A stretch of DNA of 64,000 nucleotides from an uncultured Candidatus Saccharibacteria bacterium (GTDB lineage: Bacteria > Patescibacteriota > Minisyncoccia > Phycocordibacterales > Zambryskibacteraceae). The translations under genes and the position numbers were made by a program. Location: assembly GCA_964509605.1 (NCBI GenBank), contig CAZDXF010000001.1, forward strand, positions 8,276 to 72,275. The letters are read 5' to 3'. Below, in pieces: positions 38,137 to 46,694 of the stretch. The notes below the pieces were generated by a model. It was not told the DNA's origin, made no database searches, and saw only the letters and a list, made by a program, of their open reading frames with translations. Every line of letters starts with the position of its first letter. The stretch's first letter is position 1.

Positions 38137-38434
38137 TGGCGTGAGGGCCTGCTCTCTCGCCAACCGTCAGCGCAAGCTGGCAAGGGAAGTACACCTCGCG
38201 GTACACGCTCGAAAGAGCCTACGCGACCGCGAGCGGGGAAGGTCAAAAGTTGGTTTGCTCCCGCGAACCTGTGAATGCAAGGCGACTTCGGTTGCCAAAG
38301 CTATCCAGCTTCAAAGGAACGGTCTCCGGACCAAACAAACACAACACCTGCCTTTCCCCATCGGGACCGTCATCCATCGTGGTGGCGGCTCTTCTCTTTT
38401 ATGCAAGTTTCCCCGAAATTACGGGGATTTTTTG
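38137..38434 (+). ncRNA. GC-rich ~300-nt structured RNA candidate (unclassified) with own promoter and terminator
   Basis: TTGACT at 38101, then an extended -10. Hairpins with GAAA and UUCG tetraloops (GCUC-gaaa-GAGC, GGCGAC-uucg-GUUGCC) and long-range complementarity. Terminator CCCCG-aaatta-CGGGG plus T6 at 38411-38434. RNase P, tmRNA and SRP motifs are absent. Confidence 0.35.
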
Positions 38435-38457
38435 CTCACATTGTATATAATGCTTGT

Positions 38458-39441
38458 ATGACAACCAATATTCTCGGAATGGGCAAGATTCGTGTTGGCG
38501 TCCTTCGAGGCGGACCTTCGAATGAATATGATATTTCTCTAAAGACCGGTCAGTCTGTTTTAAGGCATTTGCCGGAAAAATATATTTCTCAAGACATTTT
38601 TATTTCTAAAGACGGAGAGTGGCATTTGGGCGGAACTCCGAAAACTCCCGAAAAAGTTTTTAGAAATGTGGATTTAATTTTTAATGCTTTACACGGAAAA
38701 TACGGAGAAGATGGCAGAGTCCAGAGCTTGATGGAGCAGTTCAGGGTGCCTTATACAGGTTCAACATCTCTTCCTTCGTCTATGGCTTTTAATAAAGCAC
38801 TTTCAAAAAAAAGATTTAAAGAAGTTGGGATAAAAACCCCTGTCTCAATAATATTCCAACCCCGTGATCATGTTAAAAAAAAGATTTTGGAACTTTTTAA
38901 ATTTTTTCCACAGCCATCGGTGATTAAACCAGTTTCTGGTGGTTCTTCGGTGGGTGTTTCTTTTGCACACGATTTTGAGTCTTTTGAAAAGGGGATTGAG
39001 CACGCTTTGAGGCATGGTGGAGTGGCTCTGGTCGAAGAGTATATAGATGGACAAGAAGCAGTAGTAAGTGTTTTGGAAAGCGCTTCTGGAAGAGAAGCTT
39101 ATTCGCTTTTCCCGGTTGAAATAAGAAAACCTCAAGAAAAAAAACTATTTGATTATGAGCTCAAGTATATTCAGCCGACAGAAAAAATTTGTCCCGGAGA
39201 ATTTCCTTCAGATGTAAAAGAAGAAATGCAAAGAATTGCTTTAAAGGCGTATAGATCATTGGGACTTAGGCACTATGCAAATATAGATTTGATTTTCCAT
39301 CCCAAAAGAGGAATTTATGTCCTAGAAGCAAATTCACATCCGGGTATGACAGCGACTTCTATATTTCCGAGATCGCTTCATACTGCTGGAATTTTGATGA
39401 GAGATTTTTTGGATCACCTTGTTATATCAGCTCAAAAATAA
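38458..39441 (+). CDS. ddl: D-alanine--D-alanine ligase
   Basis: ATP-grasp motifs. TATAAT sits 6 nt before the ATG, suggesting a leaderless transcript. The track ORF extends upstream only because the GC-rich region is poor in stops. Confidence 0.85.
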   Translation: MTTNILGMGKIRVGVLRGGPSNEYDISLKTGQSVLRHLPEKYISQDIFISKDGEWHLGGTPKTPEKVFRNVDLIFNALHGKYGEDGRVQSLMEQFRVPYTGSTSLPSSMAFNKALSKKRFKEVGIKTPVSIIFQPRDHVKKKILELFKFFPQPSVIKPVSGGSSVGVSFAHDFESFEKGIEHALRHGGVALVEEYIDGQEAVVSVLESASGREAYSLFPVEIRKPQEKKLFDYELKYIQPTEKICPGEFPSDVKEEMQRIALKAYRSLGLRHYANIDLIFHPKRGIYVLEANSHPGMTATSIFPRSLHTAGILMRDFLDHLVISAQK

Positions 39442-40437
39442 ATGAAATATCCGATAGTAATAAAACAAAGTCCGCTTGTTCTCATAAGGAGAATTATAGA
39501 GATGGAAATACTCATCTCAATATTTTTGTTCTTGGCTTCTTTTTTGACTAATTATGAGCAATTGTACAGATCTTTTACTTTTGGAAGAGTTTTGAGATAT
39601 GACATATTTCTTTTTGTAGCCGCCTCTATAATTCAACTCCTCATTACTGTTTTGGTGTTTTTTTACTGGCATTCCGAAGAATATAGAGTGAAAGAAAAAG
39701 AAGTGATGTACAGAAGGGGTTTTCTTGTAAGCAGAGAAAACTCAGTACTTTTGAAGAATGTTTCTTCTGTGGAATATAAGAGAAGTCCTTTGGAGTTCTT
39801 TTTGGGATACGGAACTATTATTTTAAAAACTAACAATGGCAATGAAACTTTTGCAATCAGAAGTGTAGATCAGGCAGAAATATATACCAACATTATAAAA
39901 GAGACTTTGCACTCCGCTTTAGATATGCCAGTGGAATCTCGCAAAAAGCTTTCCGTTTTAGATTTGATATTGGAGGGGGAGCACAAAAGATTGGAATTTA
40001 AACAAACTTTTAGGTGGGATTTGAAGAAAAAAATAATAAATAAAGACTTGGAAAGGTCTTCAATGAAGACAATAGCAGCTTTTTTAAACTCAGGAGGCGG
40101 AAATTTGCTTATTGGCATTGCTGACAACGGCACGGTTTATGGTTTGGAAGACGATATCGCCACTTTGGTGAGGAAAGATAAAGATGGTTTTGAAAATCAT
40201 TTTAATCAAGTTTTTAAAACGACCATTGGAGCTGAATTTAGGGAGTTTGTGGAATTGTCTTTTCAAAATATAGAGGAAAAAGAAGTTTGTTTGGTGGAGG
40301 TCAGGGGAGCTAAGAAGCCAGCTTTTCTGAGAGCAAATGGCGACGAAGAATTTTTTATAAGAACAGGAAACACCACAACTCCTCTAAAAATAAGCGAGGT
40401 TAATTCTTATATAGAGTCGCATTGGAACGGTGGCTAG
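39442..40437 (+). CDS. membrane-anchored protein: TM + bacterial PH-like + AlbA_2 (Schlafen-like) domain
   Basis: Two TM helices and a bPH_2-like middle region. The C-terminus RLEFKQTF...IAAFLNSGGGNLLIGIADNGTVYGLEDD matches the AlbA_2 / divergent-AAA core. Confidence 0.5.
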   Translation: MKYPIVIKQSPLVLIRRIIEMEILISIFLFLASFLTNYEQLYRSFTFGRVLRYDIFLFVAASIIQLLITVLVFFYWHSEEYRVKEKEVMYRRGFLVSRENSVLLKNVSSVEYKRSPLEFFLGYGTIILKTNNGNETFAIRSVDQAEIYTNIIKETLHSALDMPVESRKKLSVLDLILEGEHKRLEFKQTFRWDLKKKIINKDLERSSMKTIAAFLNSGGGNLLIGIADNGTVYGLEDDIATLVRKDKDGFENHFNQVFKTTIGAEFREFVELSFQNIEEKEVCLVEVRGAKKPAFLRANGDEEFFIRTGNTTTPLKISEVNSYIESHWNGG

Positions 40438-40440
40438 TTA

Positions 40441-40540
40441 ATAGTAATTAGTAGACAGTAAATAGTGAACAGTAAGCAGGAATTAGTAGAAAGAAATTAG
40501 AAAGCGCTGTCTACTGATTACTGACTACTTTCTACTAACC
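40441..40540. repeat. 100-nt imperfect palindrome built from AGTAG(A)/(T)CTACT units between convergent genes
   Basis: AGTAGACAG...CTGTCTACT. Shares the motif CTGTCTACTGA with 6426-6456. Confidence 0.5.
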
Positions 40541-40542
40541 AC

Positions 40543-41178
40543 TTATTTGTATCTAAAACAATCTGTCGTGTGATCGTTTACCATTCCCACTGCTTGCATA
40601 TGTGCATAGCAAATTGTTGGACCTAGAAATTTGAAACCTCTTTTCTTTAAATCTTTTGATAAAGCTTCAGATTCCGGTGTCTGAGAGGGGAGATCCTTGA
40701 TGCTTTTCCATTTATTTTGGATTGGCTTATTCCCAACAAAAGACCAGATGTATTTTGAAAATGTTCCAAACTCTTTTTGAATAAGTAAAAATTGCTTAGC
40801 GTTGTTTATCGTCGCTTCTATTTTGAGTTTGTTTCGTATGATGCCTTCATTTTTTAAAAGATTTTTTATTTCTTTTCTACCAAATTTAGCAACTTTTTTT
40901 GGATTAAAATTTGCAAAAGCTTTTCTGTAATTTTCTCTTTTTTTTAAAACTGTTAGCCAACTTAGTCCAGCCTGTGCGCTTTCTAAAACTAAAAATTCAA
41001 ACATTATTTTGTCATCATAGACAGGCATACCCCATTCTGTATCGTGATATTTTTCATAAAGAGCATTGTCTTTAGCAACCCAAGCACATCTTTTGAGTTT
41101 TTTCATCCCGTTAGAAACAGGAAACGATCGAGTCGTTTCTACTTTTGATTTTAGTACTATTAATATTTTGTTGACCAT
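40543..41178 (-). CDS. tag: DNA-3-methyladenine glycosylase I
   Basis: CAWV..D.LY..YHD.EWG motif and the HhH-GPD fold pattern. Confidence 0.85.
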   Translation of the reverse strand: MVNKILIVLKSKVETTRSFPVSNGMKKLKRCAWVAKDNALYEKYHDTEWGMPVYDDKIMFEFLVLESAQAGLSWLTVLKKRENYRKAFANFNPKKVAKFGRKEIKNLLKNEGIIRNKLKIEATINNAKQFLLIQKEFGTFSKYIWSFVGNKPIQNKWKSIKDLPSQTPESEALSKDLKKRGFKFLGPTICYAHMQAVGMVNDHTTDCFRYK

Positions 41179-41239
41179 TAATCATTTTATTACATTGTTT
41201 TTCCGTGGTTTCTAACGAGATTCATTGTTTGAATATAAC

Positions 41240-41278
41240 AAAAAAGCAATAGACCGCCATCTCGTAAGGCGGCGGTCT
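41240..41278 (-). terminator. GC hairpin terminator for the minus-strand GC-rich operon
   Basis: AGACCGCC...GGCGGTCT with a T-tract on the minus strand. Confidence 0.5.
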
Positions 41279-41394
41279 TATTTTACCCTTGCTTATGAGG
41301 CTTTTGGCGGATCGGGTTGGTTTAATGAAGACAAGCAACCCTCGCAGTTAGCGACTTCGTGCTGGGACATGGGAACCCAAAGATTGCCTTCGGG

Positions 41395-41490
41395 CTAGTC
41401 CCTTGGCAACTTTGGGGTAAAAGCGCACAGTACTTGGCCATAGACCAAGATGTGAACAGTCGTCTGACCGTTCAATTTGCCGTTGCTCAT
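41395..41490 (-). CDS. GC-rich 31-aa ORF, translationally coupled (ATGA) to upstream 74-aa ORF
   Basis: SD AAGGAGGG 6 nt upstream. MSNGKLNGQTTVHILVYGQVLCAFTPKLPRD shares the NGQ-plus-hydrophobic pattern with the 24026 peptide. Confidence 0.35.
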   Translation of the reverse strand: MSNGKLNGQTTVHILVYGQVLCAFTPKLPRD

Positions 41491-41711
41491 TTCGCACCCT
41501 CCTTTTTTGTTCCCATCAAATCCTCTTTTTGAGCCATGAGATCCAGAACAGCTAGGCAGTTCCTGCAGGTGATGAGTTCTTCCTGAACAAGAGCTCCAGC
41601 ATACTTGTCCAGAGAAGGCCAGCTCTTGTCGTCCTTCGGGTTGAGACCGCAAAGCGTGATGCCGTCTTCAAGTCCATGAATCTTGCCGACACTTAGGTAT
41701 TCAATCGACAT
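41487..41711 (-). CDS. GC-rich 74-aa Cys-containing hypothetical protein
   Basis: SD GGGAGAG upstream; C22, C49xxC52. About 55% GC. Confidence 0.45.
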   Translation of the reverse strand: MSIEYLSVGKIHGLEDGITLCGLNPKDDKSWPSLDKYAGALVQEELITCRNCLAVLDLMAQKEDLMGTKKEGAK

Positions 41712-41809
41712 TGTACTCTCCCGTTTGGGTTTTTATCCACGAGATAGGATACCAAAAAGAAAGAATAAAATAAAATATTTAAAAATTATTCTGCCGGACA
41801 AGTTTGATT

Positions 41810-42403
41810 TTATAGGGACTCTCTTTCTTCTGGAGAAAGAACAATTGCCCACCGCATTGTGTCTAGATTGAGCTTAAGATACGCGCTTTTACCGATTGAA
41901 GGTTTTGCTGTCATTGGTTCACCAAGGGCTCTGTCTGCGTAGTTGAATACAACAACATATTTATGTCTTGTATCCGTACTTATGTTTGTTGATTGTGGCG
42001 CTATGCGGTCGCCAAGTAAAAATCCATCTGATCCAATGAAGCCCTCAGGAGTGTTTAGAGCAGAGACTGCATAGTAAAAAGTTCCGGATCCACCTGTGTC
42101 CTGTGTCAAAACAAAAGCAATATCCTCACGGCCATCACCATTTAGGTCAGTTTTGAGCTCATTTCCAAAATATCTGGTAGTTATAACAGAATCAGATTCT
42201 GGAGCAATTGGTGTTTCAGCTACACCATTTGTCAATTTAATTTGTCTTCCTTCTATTGTGTATGTGGCATTTTTGTAATCAGTTGGGAAGAGGTTGCTGT
42301 CTCGAATTTCGTCTTTTGATACAAGTGAAGGAGAATTGAAAACGAACCAAATTAGCAGAGCTATAATCAAGACAGCAACAATTCCTAAAAGTATTTTTTT
42401 CAT
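41810..42403 (-). CDS. secreted hypothetical protein
   Basis: Signal/TM N-terminus; Gly/Asp-rich. Confidence 0.4.
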   Translation of the reverse strand: MKKILLGIVAVLIIALLIWFVFNSPSLVSKDEIRDSNLFPTDYKNATYTIEGRQIKLTNGVAETPIAPESDSVITTRYFGNELKTDLNGDGREDIAFVLTQDTGGSGTFYYAVSALNTPEGFIGSDGFLLGDRIAPQSTNISTDTRHKYVVVFNYADRALGEPMTAKPSIGKSAYLKLNLDTMRWAIVLSPEERESL

Positions 42404-42615
42404 GCTGTATGGTGGACATAGTATATAAAAGTTGGAATCAGATAGAAAGTTGGGTTTTTGAAAGTTCTAGATTAGTTTCAGAACTTGAAATGGTATGAAA
42501 AGATTGGATTTTGTTTGATTTTGATACACATTTGATACACAAGAGGGTTAGTGGAGTCTGTCCAAAAGAAAGGCCACGAGAAGCGTTGAGACATGCGTCT
42601 CGCGACCCCTCGTGG

Positions 42616-42879
42616 CTAATCAGATATCTGGAGATGCCCCAGTTGGTGCGTTGCTCCGAAGAAAGCCTTGCAGAGCTGATTGTAGGAAACCTCATAGCTC
42701 TGCTCTTCTTCGAATTCATGTGTCAGTTGCATTACCTTGGAACGAATATCGTCGGGCAAAGCATCAACCCCTTTCTTAAACTGCGATGTTGATAGGGTGA
42801 GGGGTGCGATTGTCTCCAGAAATGGTACGAATCGTTCCTTGAGCAACTGAATGATTTGCTCATAACGTTCGCTGGGCAT
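42616..42879 (-). CDS. 87-aa hypothetical protein with strong SD and GC hairpin terminator
   Basis: SD AAGGAG. Terminator GGCCACGAG...CTCGTGGCC at about 42560-42610 followed by T-rich sequence. About 47% GC. Confidence 0.45.
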   Translation of the reverse strand: MPSERYEQIIQLLKERFVPFLETIAPLTLSTSQFKKGVDALPDDIRSKVMQLTHEFEEEQSYEVSYNQLCKAFFGATHQLGHLQISD

Positions 42880-42948
42880 ACTTAGCTCCTTAGTTAAGGG
42901 TCAGTTTCTGACTCGGGACTGTATCACAAATAGAATACTATGTCAATT

Positions 42949-43024
42949 TGGTGGACCCTACCGGATTCGAACCGGTGACCTCCTCATTGCAAATGAGGCG
43001 CTCTACCAACTAAGCTAAGGGCCC
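42949..43024 (-). tRNA. tRNA-Ala (anticodon TGC), CCA encoded
   Basis: GGGCCCT acceptor with G3:U70, anticodon loop TTTGCAA, T-loop TTCGAAT, 3' ACCA. Confidence 0.85.
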
Positions 43025-43094
43025 GTTTTTTTAAAGTTAAAATTTTAACTAACTAGCAACATGTCGCTCGGACCCTGTCCGCCCATCTGGCGGA

Positions 43095-43114
43095 AACTAA
43101 GCTAAGGGCCCGTT
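43095..43114 (-). repeat. 20-nt duplicate of the tRNA-Ala(TGC) 5' end
   Basis: AACTAAGCTAAGGGCCCGTT is identical to 43008-43027. It is followed by the hairpin CCGCC-agatg-GGCGG. Confidence 0.65.
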
Positions 43115-43234
43115 AAAAAAAAGTTTTTAGCTAATAGCTTATAGCTGTCAGTTAAAAACAACAGAGGAAAGAATACATTAAATGTTTGGCAAATTCAAAT
43201 TGTTTTGTGATATATTTTCTTTCTATACACAACA

Positions 43235-43307
43235 GGGGATGTAGCTCAATTGGTAGAGCGCGCCCATGGCATGGGCGAGGTAAGGGGTTCGAAACCCCTC
43301 ATCTCCA
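43235..43307 (+). tRNA. tRNA-Ala (anticodon GGC)
   Basis: GGGGATG acceptor with G3:U70, anticodon loop ATGGCAT, T-loop TTCGAAA, discriminator A. Confidence 0.85.
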
Positions 43308-43316
43308 CAAAACAGA

Positions 43317-43346
43317 GCCCCCGCTCCGATACTTCGGAGCGGGGGC
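43317..43346 (-). terminator. 12-bp GC hairpin terminator (serves minus-strand gene; also 3' of tRNA-Ala)
   Basis: GCCCCCGCTCCG-atactt-CGGAGCGGGGGC. Confidence 0.6.
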
Positions 43347-43351
43347 GAATT

Positions 43352-43726
43352 TCATTCATCTTCCAAGACAAGGTTATCGTATGCGATGCGATAACCGGGG
43401 AACGCTTCTTCCAGCAGATAGAGAAGGTGGGGAAGAGAGCTCTTGCTGAGTGGGCCCAACTTCTCACTTTCTCCGTTTAGGATGATGATCTTGCGCTTGT
43501 CGTCCTTCTTGATAAATCCACCACCAAGAATTTGGCAACGAATTCCATCTATCACTTTTCTTTCTACAGCAGACAACAACAGAGCTGAAATCTTGGTGTG
43601 GCTCAGCCCTTTGTCTGCTCTCAAAATGAAACGGCTCTCATCTCCGACAGAGAATCGGAAAAGAACAAACTTTCCGACACTGGAAAATGAGATTTCTGGG
43701 ACAGAAGCAAATTCAGCGAGTAGCAC
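43352..43726 (-). CDS. 124-aa hypothetical protein (GTG start, strong SD)
   Basis: SD AAGGGGG 4 nt before the GTG. Elevated GC. Confidence 0.45.
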   Translation of the reverse strand: MLLAEFASVPEISFSSVGKFVLFRFSVGDESRFILRADKGLSHTKISALLLSAVERKVIDGIRCQILGGGFIKKDDKRKIIILNGESEKLGPLSKSSLPHLLYLLEEAFPGYRIAYDNLVLEDE

Positions 43727-43852
43727 AACGCCCCCTTAGTTGAGAGTGTACGATAGTCTTTTGCAATTATGACAATTAAACTGAATTAAGTCAATAGTTG
43801 ATTAAAGCAAAAATAAATACAAGAGACAAAAAACATTTGATATAATAAATTT

Positions 43853-44281
43853 ATGGCAACAGATTATACACATGCGCGTTCAGCACCAGTCTTGGTGATT
43901 TTTGTAAAACATAGAGATAAATTTTTGATTGTAAAAAGAAGCAATAAAATGCTTACTTATAAAGGGCTTTGGTCGTGTCTTGCTGGTTTTGTGGATGATG
44001 AAAAGACAATGGAGGAGAAAGTAATTTTTGAAATAGAGGAAGAACTGGGTTTGAAGAAAACAGATATAAAAGAAATAAAAACAGGCGAAACCTATTTGTT
44101 TGTAGATAAAGAGCTAGACAGAGAGTGGATCCGGCATGTTTATTTGGTGGAAATTACCAATCCGAATATAAAACTTTCTTGGGAGCATTCTGGATATGCT
44201 TGGATTACCACCTCTGATCTCAATAATTATGAAACCACTCCAGGGTTTGAAACTGATCTGGAAAAGGTAATGAAGCTATAG
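43853..44281 (+). CDS. NUDIX hydrolase
   Basis: Nudix box GFVDDEKTMEEKVIFEIEEELGL. Confidence 0.75.
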   Translation: MATDYTHARSAPVLVIFVKHRDKFLIVKRSNKMLTYKGLWSCLAGFVDDEKTMEEKVIFEIEEELGLKKTDIKEIKTGETYLFVDKELDREWIRHVYLVEITNPNIKLSWEHSGYAWITTSDLNNYETTPGFETDLEKVMKL

Positions 44282-44297
44282 AGCTTTATTTGAAAAT

Positions 44298-45572
44298 ATG
44301 AATATAAATTTTATAGACTCCTTGCAAAAGGAAGTTTCTGCGGAAATTAAAAATAGGACGAATTTTAAAGCAGAGGATTTGAAAAGGTTTTTGTCTGATT
44401 CAAATTATTCTTCTGCTGAATCTTTTTTATTTTCTCCTGCTGACAAAGAAACTTTGAAAAAAGTATACGAACTAAGAGATCGTAAAAAAAACCCGGAAAT
44501 CAAGAAAATTTTTATTATTGGAATTGGTGGCGCGAACCTTTCATCCCAAGCTCTTTGGAGTGCTGTTCAAGAAAGAGAGCAAGTAGAGTTTGTATTTTTG
44601 GATTCAGCCATATCTCTTGGCGTTGAAGAAGCGGAAAAAGAAGCTCAAAACTTTAAAGATAAAAACGATTTTTTGATTTTGATTATAAGCAAATCGGGCA
44701 CCACCCTTGAAATGATTACGAATGCTCAAGTTCTCATTTCTCCTTTAGAAAAAAAATTTGGCAATCTTTCTGACAGAATTTTGGCAATAACAGAAACAGA
44801 TTCTCCTCTTTCAAGAATAGCGCAGGAAAAAGGAATAGAAGTTTTTATTGTTCCTCACACCATTCCAGATAGATTTTCTGCTTTTTCCGCAACAGCTTTA
44901 GTGCCTTTGTCGTTTATGAATTTTGATATAGAAAAATATTTAGAAGGAGCTGTTAAAACAAGAGATTTAAACCTAGAAGAAAGTGAAGAAAATTTGGCAA
45001 TAAAATCGGCTTTGACGATAAACTCCCATTACGAAGAAGGGTTAGGCATTTTAGACCTCTTTTTATTTGAGCCAAAGTTTGAGCTTTTAGGTAAATGGGC
45101 GCGCCAACTTACAGCAGAAAGCTTGGGTAAAGAAAAGACGATAAATGACAAGAAATCAAATCTTGGTATTACTCCAACAGTTTCAATTGGCACCACAGAC
45201 TTGCATTCTGTGCTCCAGCTTTATCTTGCCGGACCTAAAGAGCGATTTACGCAATTTGTTTTTGTAAAAAATATGTCAGAAATTCCTTTGGGCGATACGG
45301 ACTCTCTTGGAAATCTCGACGATCAGTTTGCTGGAAAAAACAAAAATGAAATAGTGTCTGCGGTTTTTGAATCAGTAAAAGAATCTTACAGAGGAAACAA
45401 GCTTCCTTTTATGGAAATAGAATTGCCGTTAATTGAAGAAAGGGAATTGGGTTCTTTTATGATGTTTAAAATGCTCGAGACTCTGTATTTAGGAAATATT
45501 TGGGGCATAAATGTTTTCAATCAGCCAAATGTGGAGCAGTACAAGGCCAGAGCAAGGCAGATGCTACAATAA
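44298..45572 (+). CDS. pgi: glucose-6-phosphate isomerase (bifunctional PGI/PMI-like SIS type)
   Basis: IGIGGANL, SKSGTTLE and SIS-domain architecture. Confidence 0.8.
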   Translation: MNINFIDSLQKEVSAEIKNRTNFKAEDLKRFLSDSNYSSAESFLFSPADKETLKKVYELRDRKKNPEIKKIFIIGIGGANLSSQALWSAVQEREQVEFVFLDSAISLGVEEAEKEAQNFKDKNDFLILIISKSGTTLEMITNAQVLISPLEKKFGNLSDRILAITETDSPLSRIAQEKGIEVFIVPHTIPDRFSAFSATALVPLSFMNFDIEKYLEGAVKTRDLNLEESEENLAIKSALTINSHYEEGLGILDLFLFEPKFELLGKWARQLTAESLGKEKTINDKKSNLGITPTVSIGTTDLHSVLQLYLAGPKERFTQFVFVKNMSEIPLGDTDSLGNLDDQFAGKNKNEIVSAVFESVKESYRGNKLPFMEIELPLIEERELGSFMMFKMLETLYLGNIWGINVFNQPNVEQYKARARQMLQ

Positions 45573-45576
45573 GGTT

Positions 45577-46401
45577 ATGAATATTTTATTTGATATAGGC
45601 GGAACAAAGACAAGAATTGTGGGTACTGAAAGAAACGATTCATTCGGAGAACCTTTTGTGTTTGAAACTCCAAAAACCTACTCTGAGGGCATACAAAATT
45701 TAAAAGAAAAGATAAAAGAAATTGCGGGTGGAGAAAGTATCAGCAAAATAGTCGGAGGAATAGCTGGTCCTTTTAATGAAAAAAAAGAAACTCTTGTCGC
45801 AAGCCCAAATTTATCTGATTGGGTTGGAAAACCATTAATTTCTGATCTTAAGAATGAATTTAATGCCGATGTCCATATTGAAAATGATTCTGCTATGGTG
45901 GGGCTTGGAGAGGCAAATTATGGAGCGGGTAAAGGATTTGAGATAGTGGCTTATATAACTGTAAGTACTGGGGTTGGGGGTGCGAGAATTGTAAATGGAA
46001 AAATTGATGAAAGATCTGTCGGTTTTGAACCGGGTCATCAAACTGTAGATTTTGACAAAACAGTTATTCCAGATGCAGACGGAATATATTTGGGGGATTA
46101 TATTTCCGGAAAGGGGATAGAAAAAAGAACTGGAAAAAAACCAGAAGAGATAGATGATAAGAAATTTTGGGAGAATTCAGCAAAAATGTTAGCATATGGT
46201 CTCAACAACACCATTGTGCACTGGTCTCCTGATGTTGTGGTAGTTGGTGGTTCAATGATAAATGAAAGAGGAATTTCTTTAGAAAAAACAAAAAAATTTT
46301 TACTAGAGATAATGAAAATATATCCTGAAGTTCCTGAAATAAAAAAAGCGGAGCTCGGAGATTTGGGAGGTTTGTATGGGGCGCTAACATATTTAAAATA
46401 A
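45577..46401 (+). CDS. ROK/BadF-type sugar kinase (putative glucokinase)
   Basis: FDIGGTKTR N-terminal ATPase motif; actin-fold. Confidence 0.55.
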   Translation: MNILFDIGGTKTRIVGTERNDSFGEPFVFETPKTYSEGIQNLKEKIKEIAGGESISKIVGGIAGPFNEKKETLVASPNLSDWVGKPLISDLKNEFNADVHIENDSAMVGLGEANYGAGKGFEIVAYITVSTGVGGARIVNGKIDERSVGFEPGHQTVDFDKTVIPDADGIYLGDYISGKGIEKRTGKKPEEIDDKKFWENSAKMLAYGLNNTIVHWSPDVVVVGGSMINERGISLEKTKKFLLEIMKIYPEVPEIKKAELGDLGGLYGALTYLK

Positions 46402-46619
46402 TGAATTTTTTGATGCGAAAATTGATGGAGTCTAAAATGAAAGATGTTCCCAAAGAGCAGAGGGACGCGATTATTTCAATGATTGAAAAAGATCCGGAAC
46501 TTTTTAAAAAAATTGCGGAGGAGATAAAGCAAAAAATGGATGCCGGTAAAGACCAGATGTCTGCTTCTATGGAAGTAATGCAGAAATACGAAACAGAACT
46601 TAAAAAATTAAATCATTAA
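46401..46619 (+). CDS. small helical hypothetical protein
   Basis: Lys/Glu-rich 72-aa ORF; no domain recognised. Confidence 0.3.
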   Translation: MNFLMRKLMESKMKDVPKEQRDAIISMIEKDPELFKKIAEEIKQKMDAGKDQMSASMEVMQKYETELKKLNH

Positions 46620-46629
46620 TCTCCACCAT

Positions 46630-46669
46630 CACGACATTCTAACATTCTCAAGAATGTTAGAATGTCGTG
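46630..46669 (+). repeat. 40-bp perfect palindrome CACGACATTCTAACATTCT-CA-AGAATGTTAGAATGTCGTG
   Basis: Same family as 20867-20896 and 13093-13136. Confidence 0.7.
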
Positions 46670-46694
46670 AAATGTAAAAGGAGAGAAAAATAAA

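Noticed and set aside
38137-38434. Identification as RNase P RNA, tmRNA, SRP RNA or T-box
   Set aside because: Conserved motifs are absent: GGAAAGUCCGG and ACAGAA for RNase P; a tRNA-like end and tag ORF for tmRNA; GGUCCGGAAGGAAGCAGC for SRP; AGGGUGGNACCGCG for T-box.
38141-38461. 106-aa and 66-aa ORFs inside the GC-rich region upstream of ddl
   Set aside because: No coding periodicity and no sensible start context. The region is dense in tetraloop hairpins, so it is better explained as structured RNA.
41395-41652. 85-aa minus-strand ORF from the track
   Set aside because: Its C-terminal 31 codons have a perfect SD and an ATG coupled to the upstream 74-aa ORF. The longer N-terminal extension overlaps that ORF out of frame.
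43186-43480. Small ORFs overlapping tRNA-Ala(GGC)
   Set aside because: The sequence is a canonical tRNA with a G3:U70 identity pair; the ORFs are spurious.
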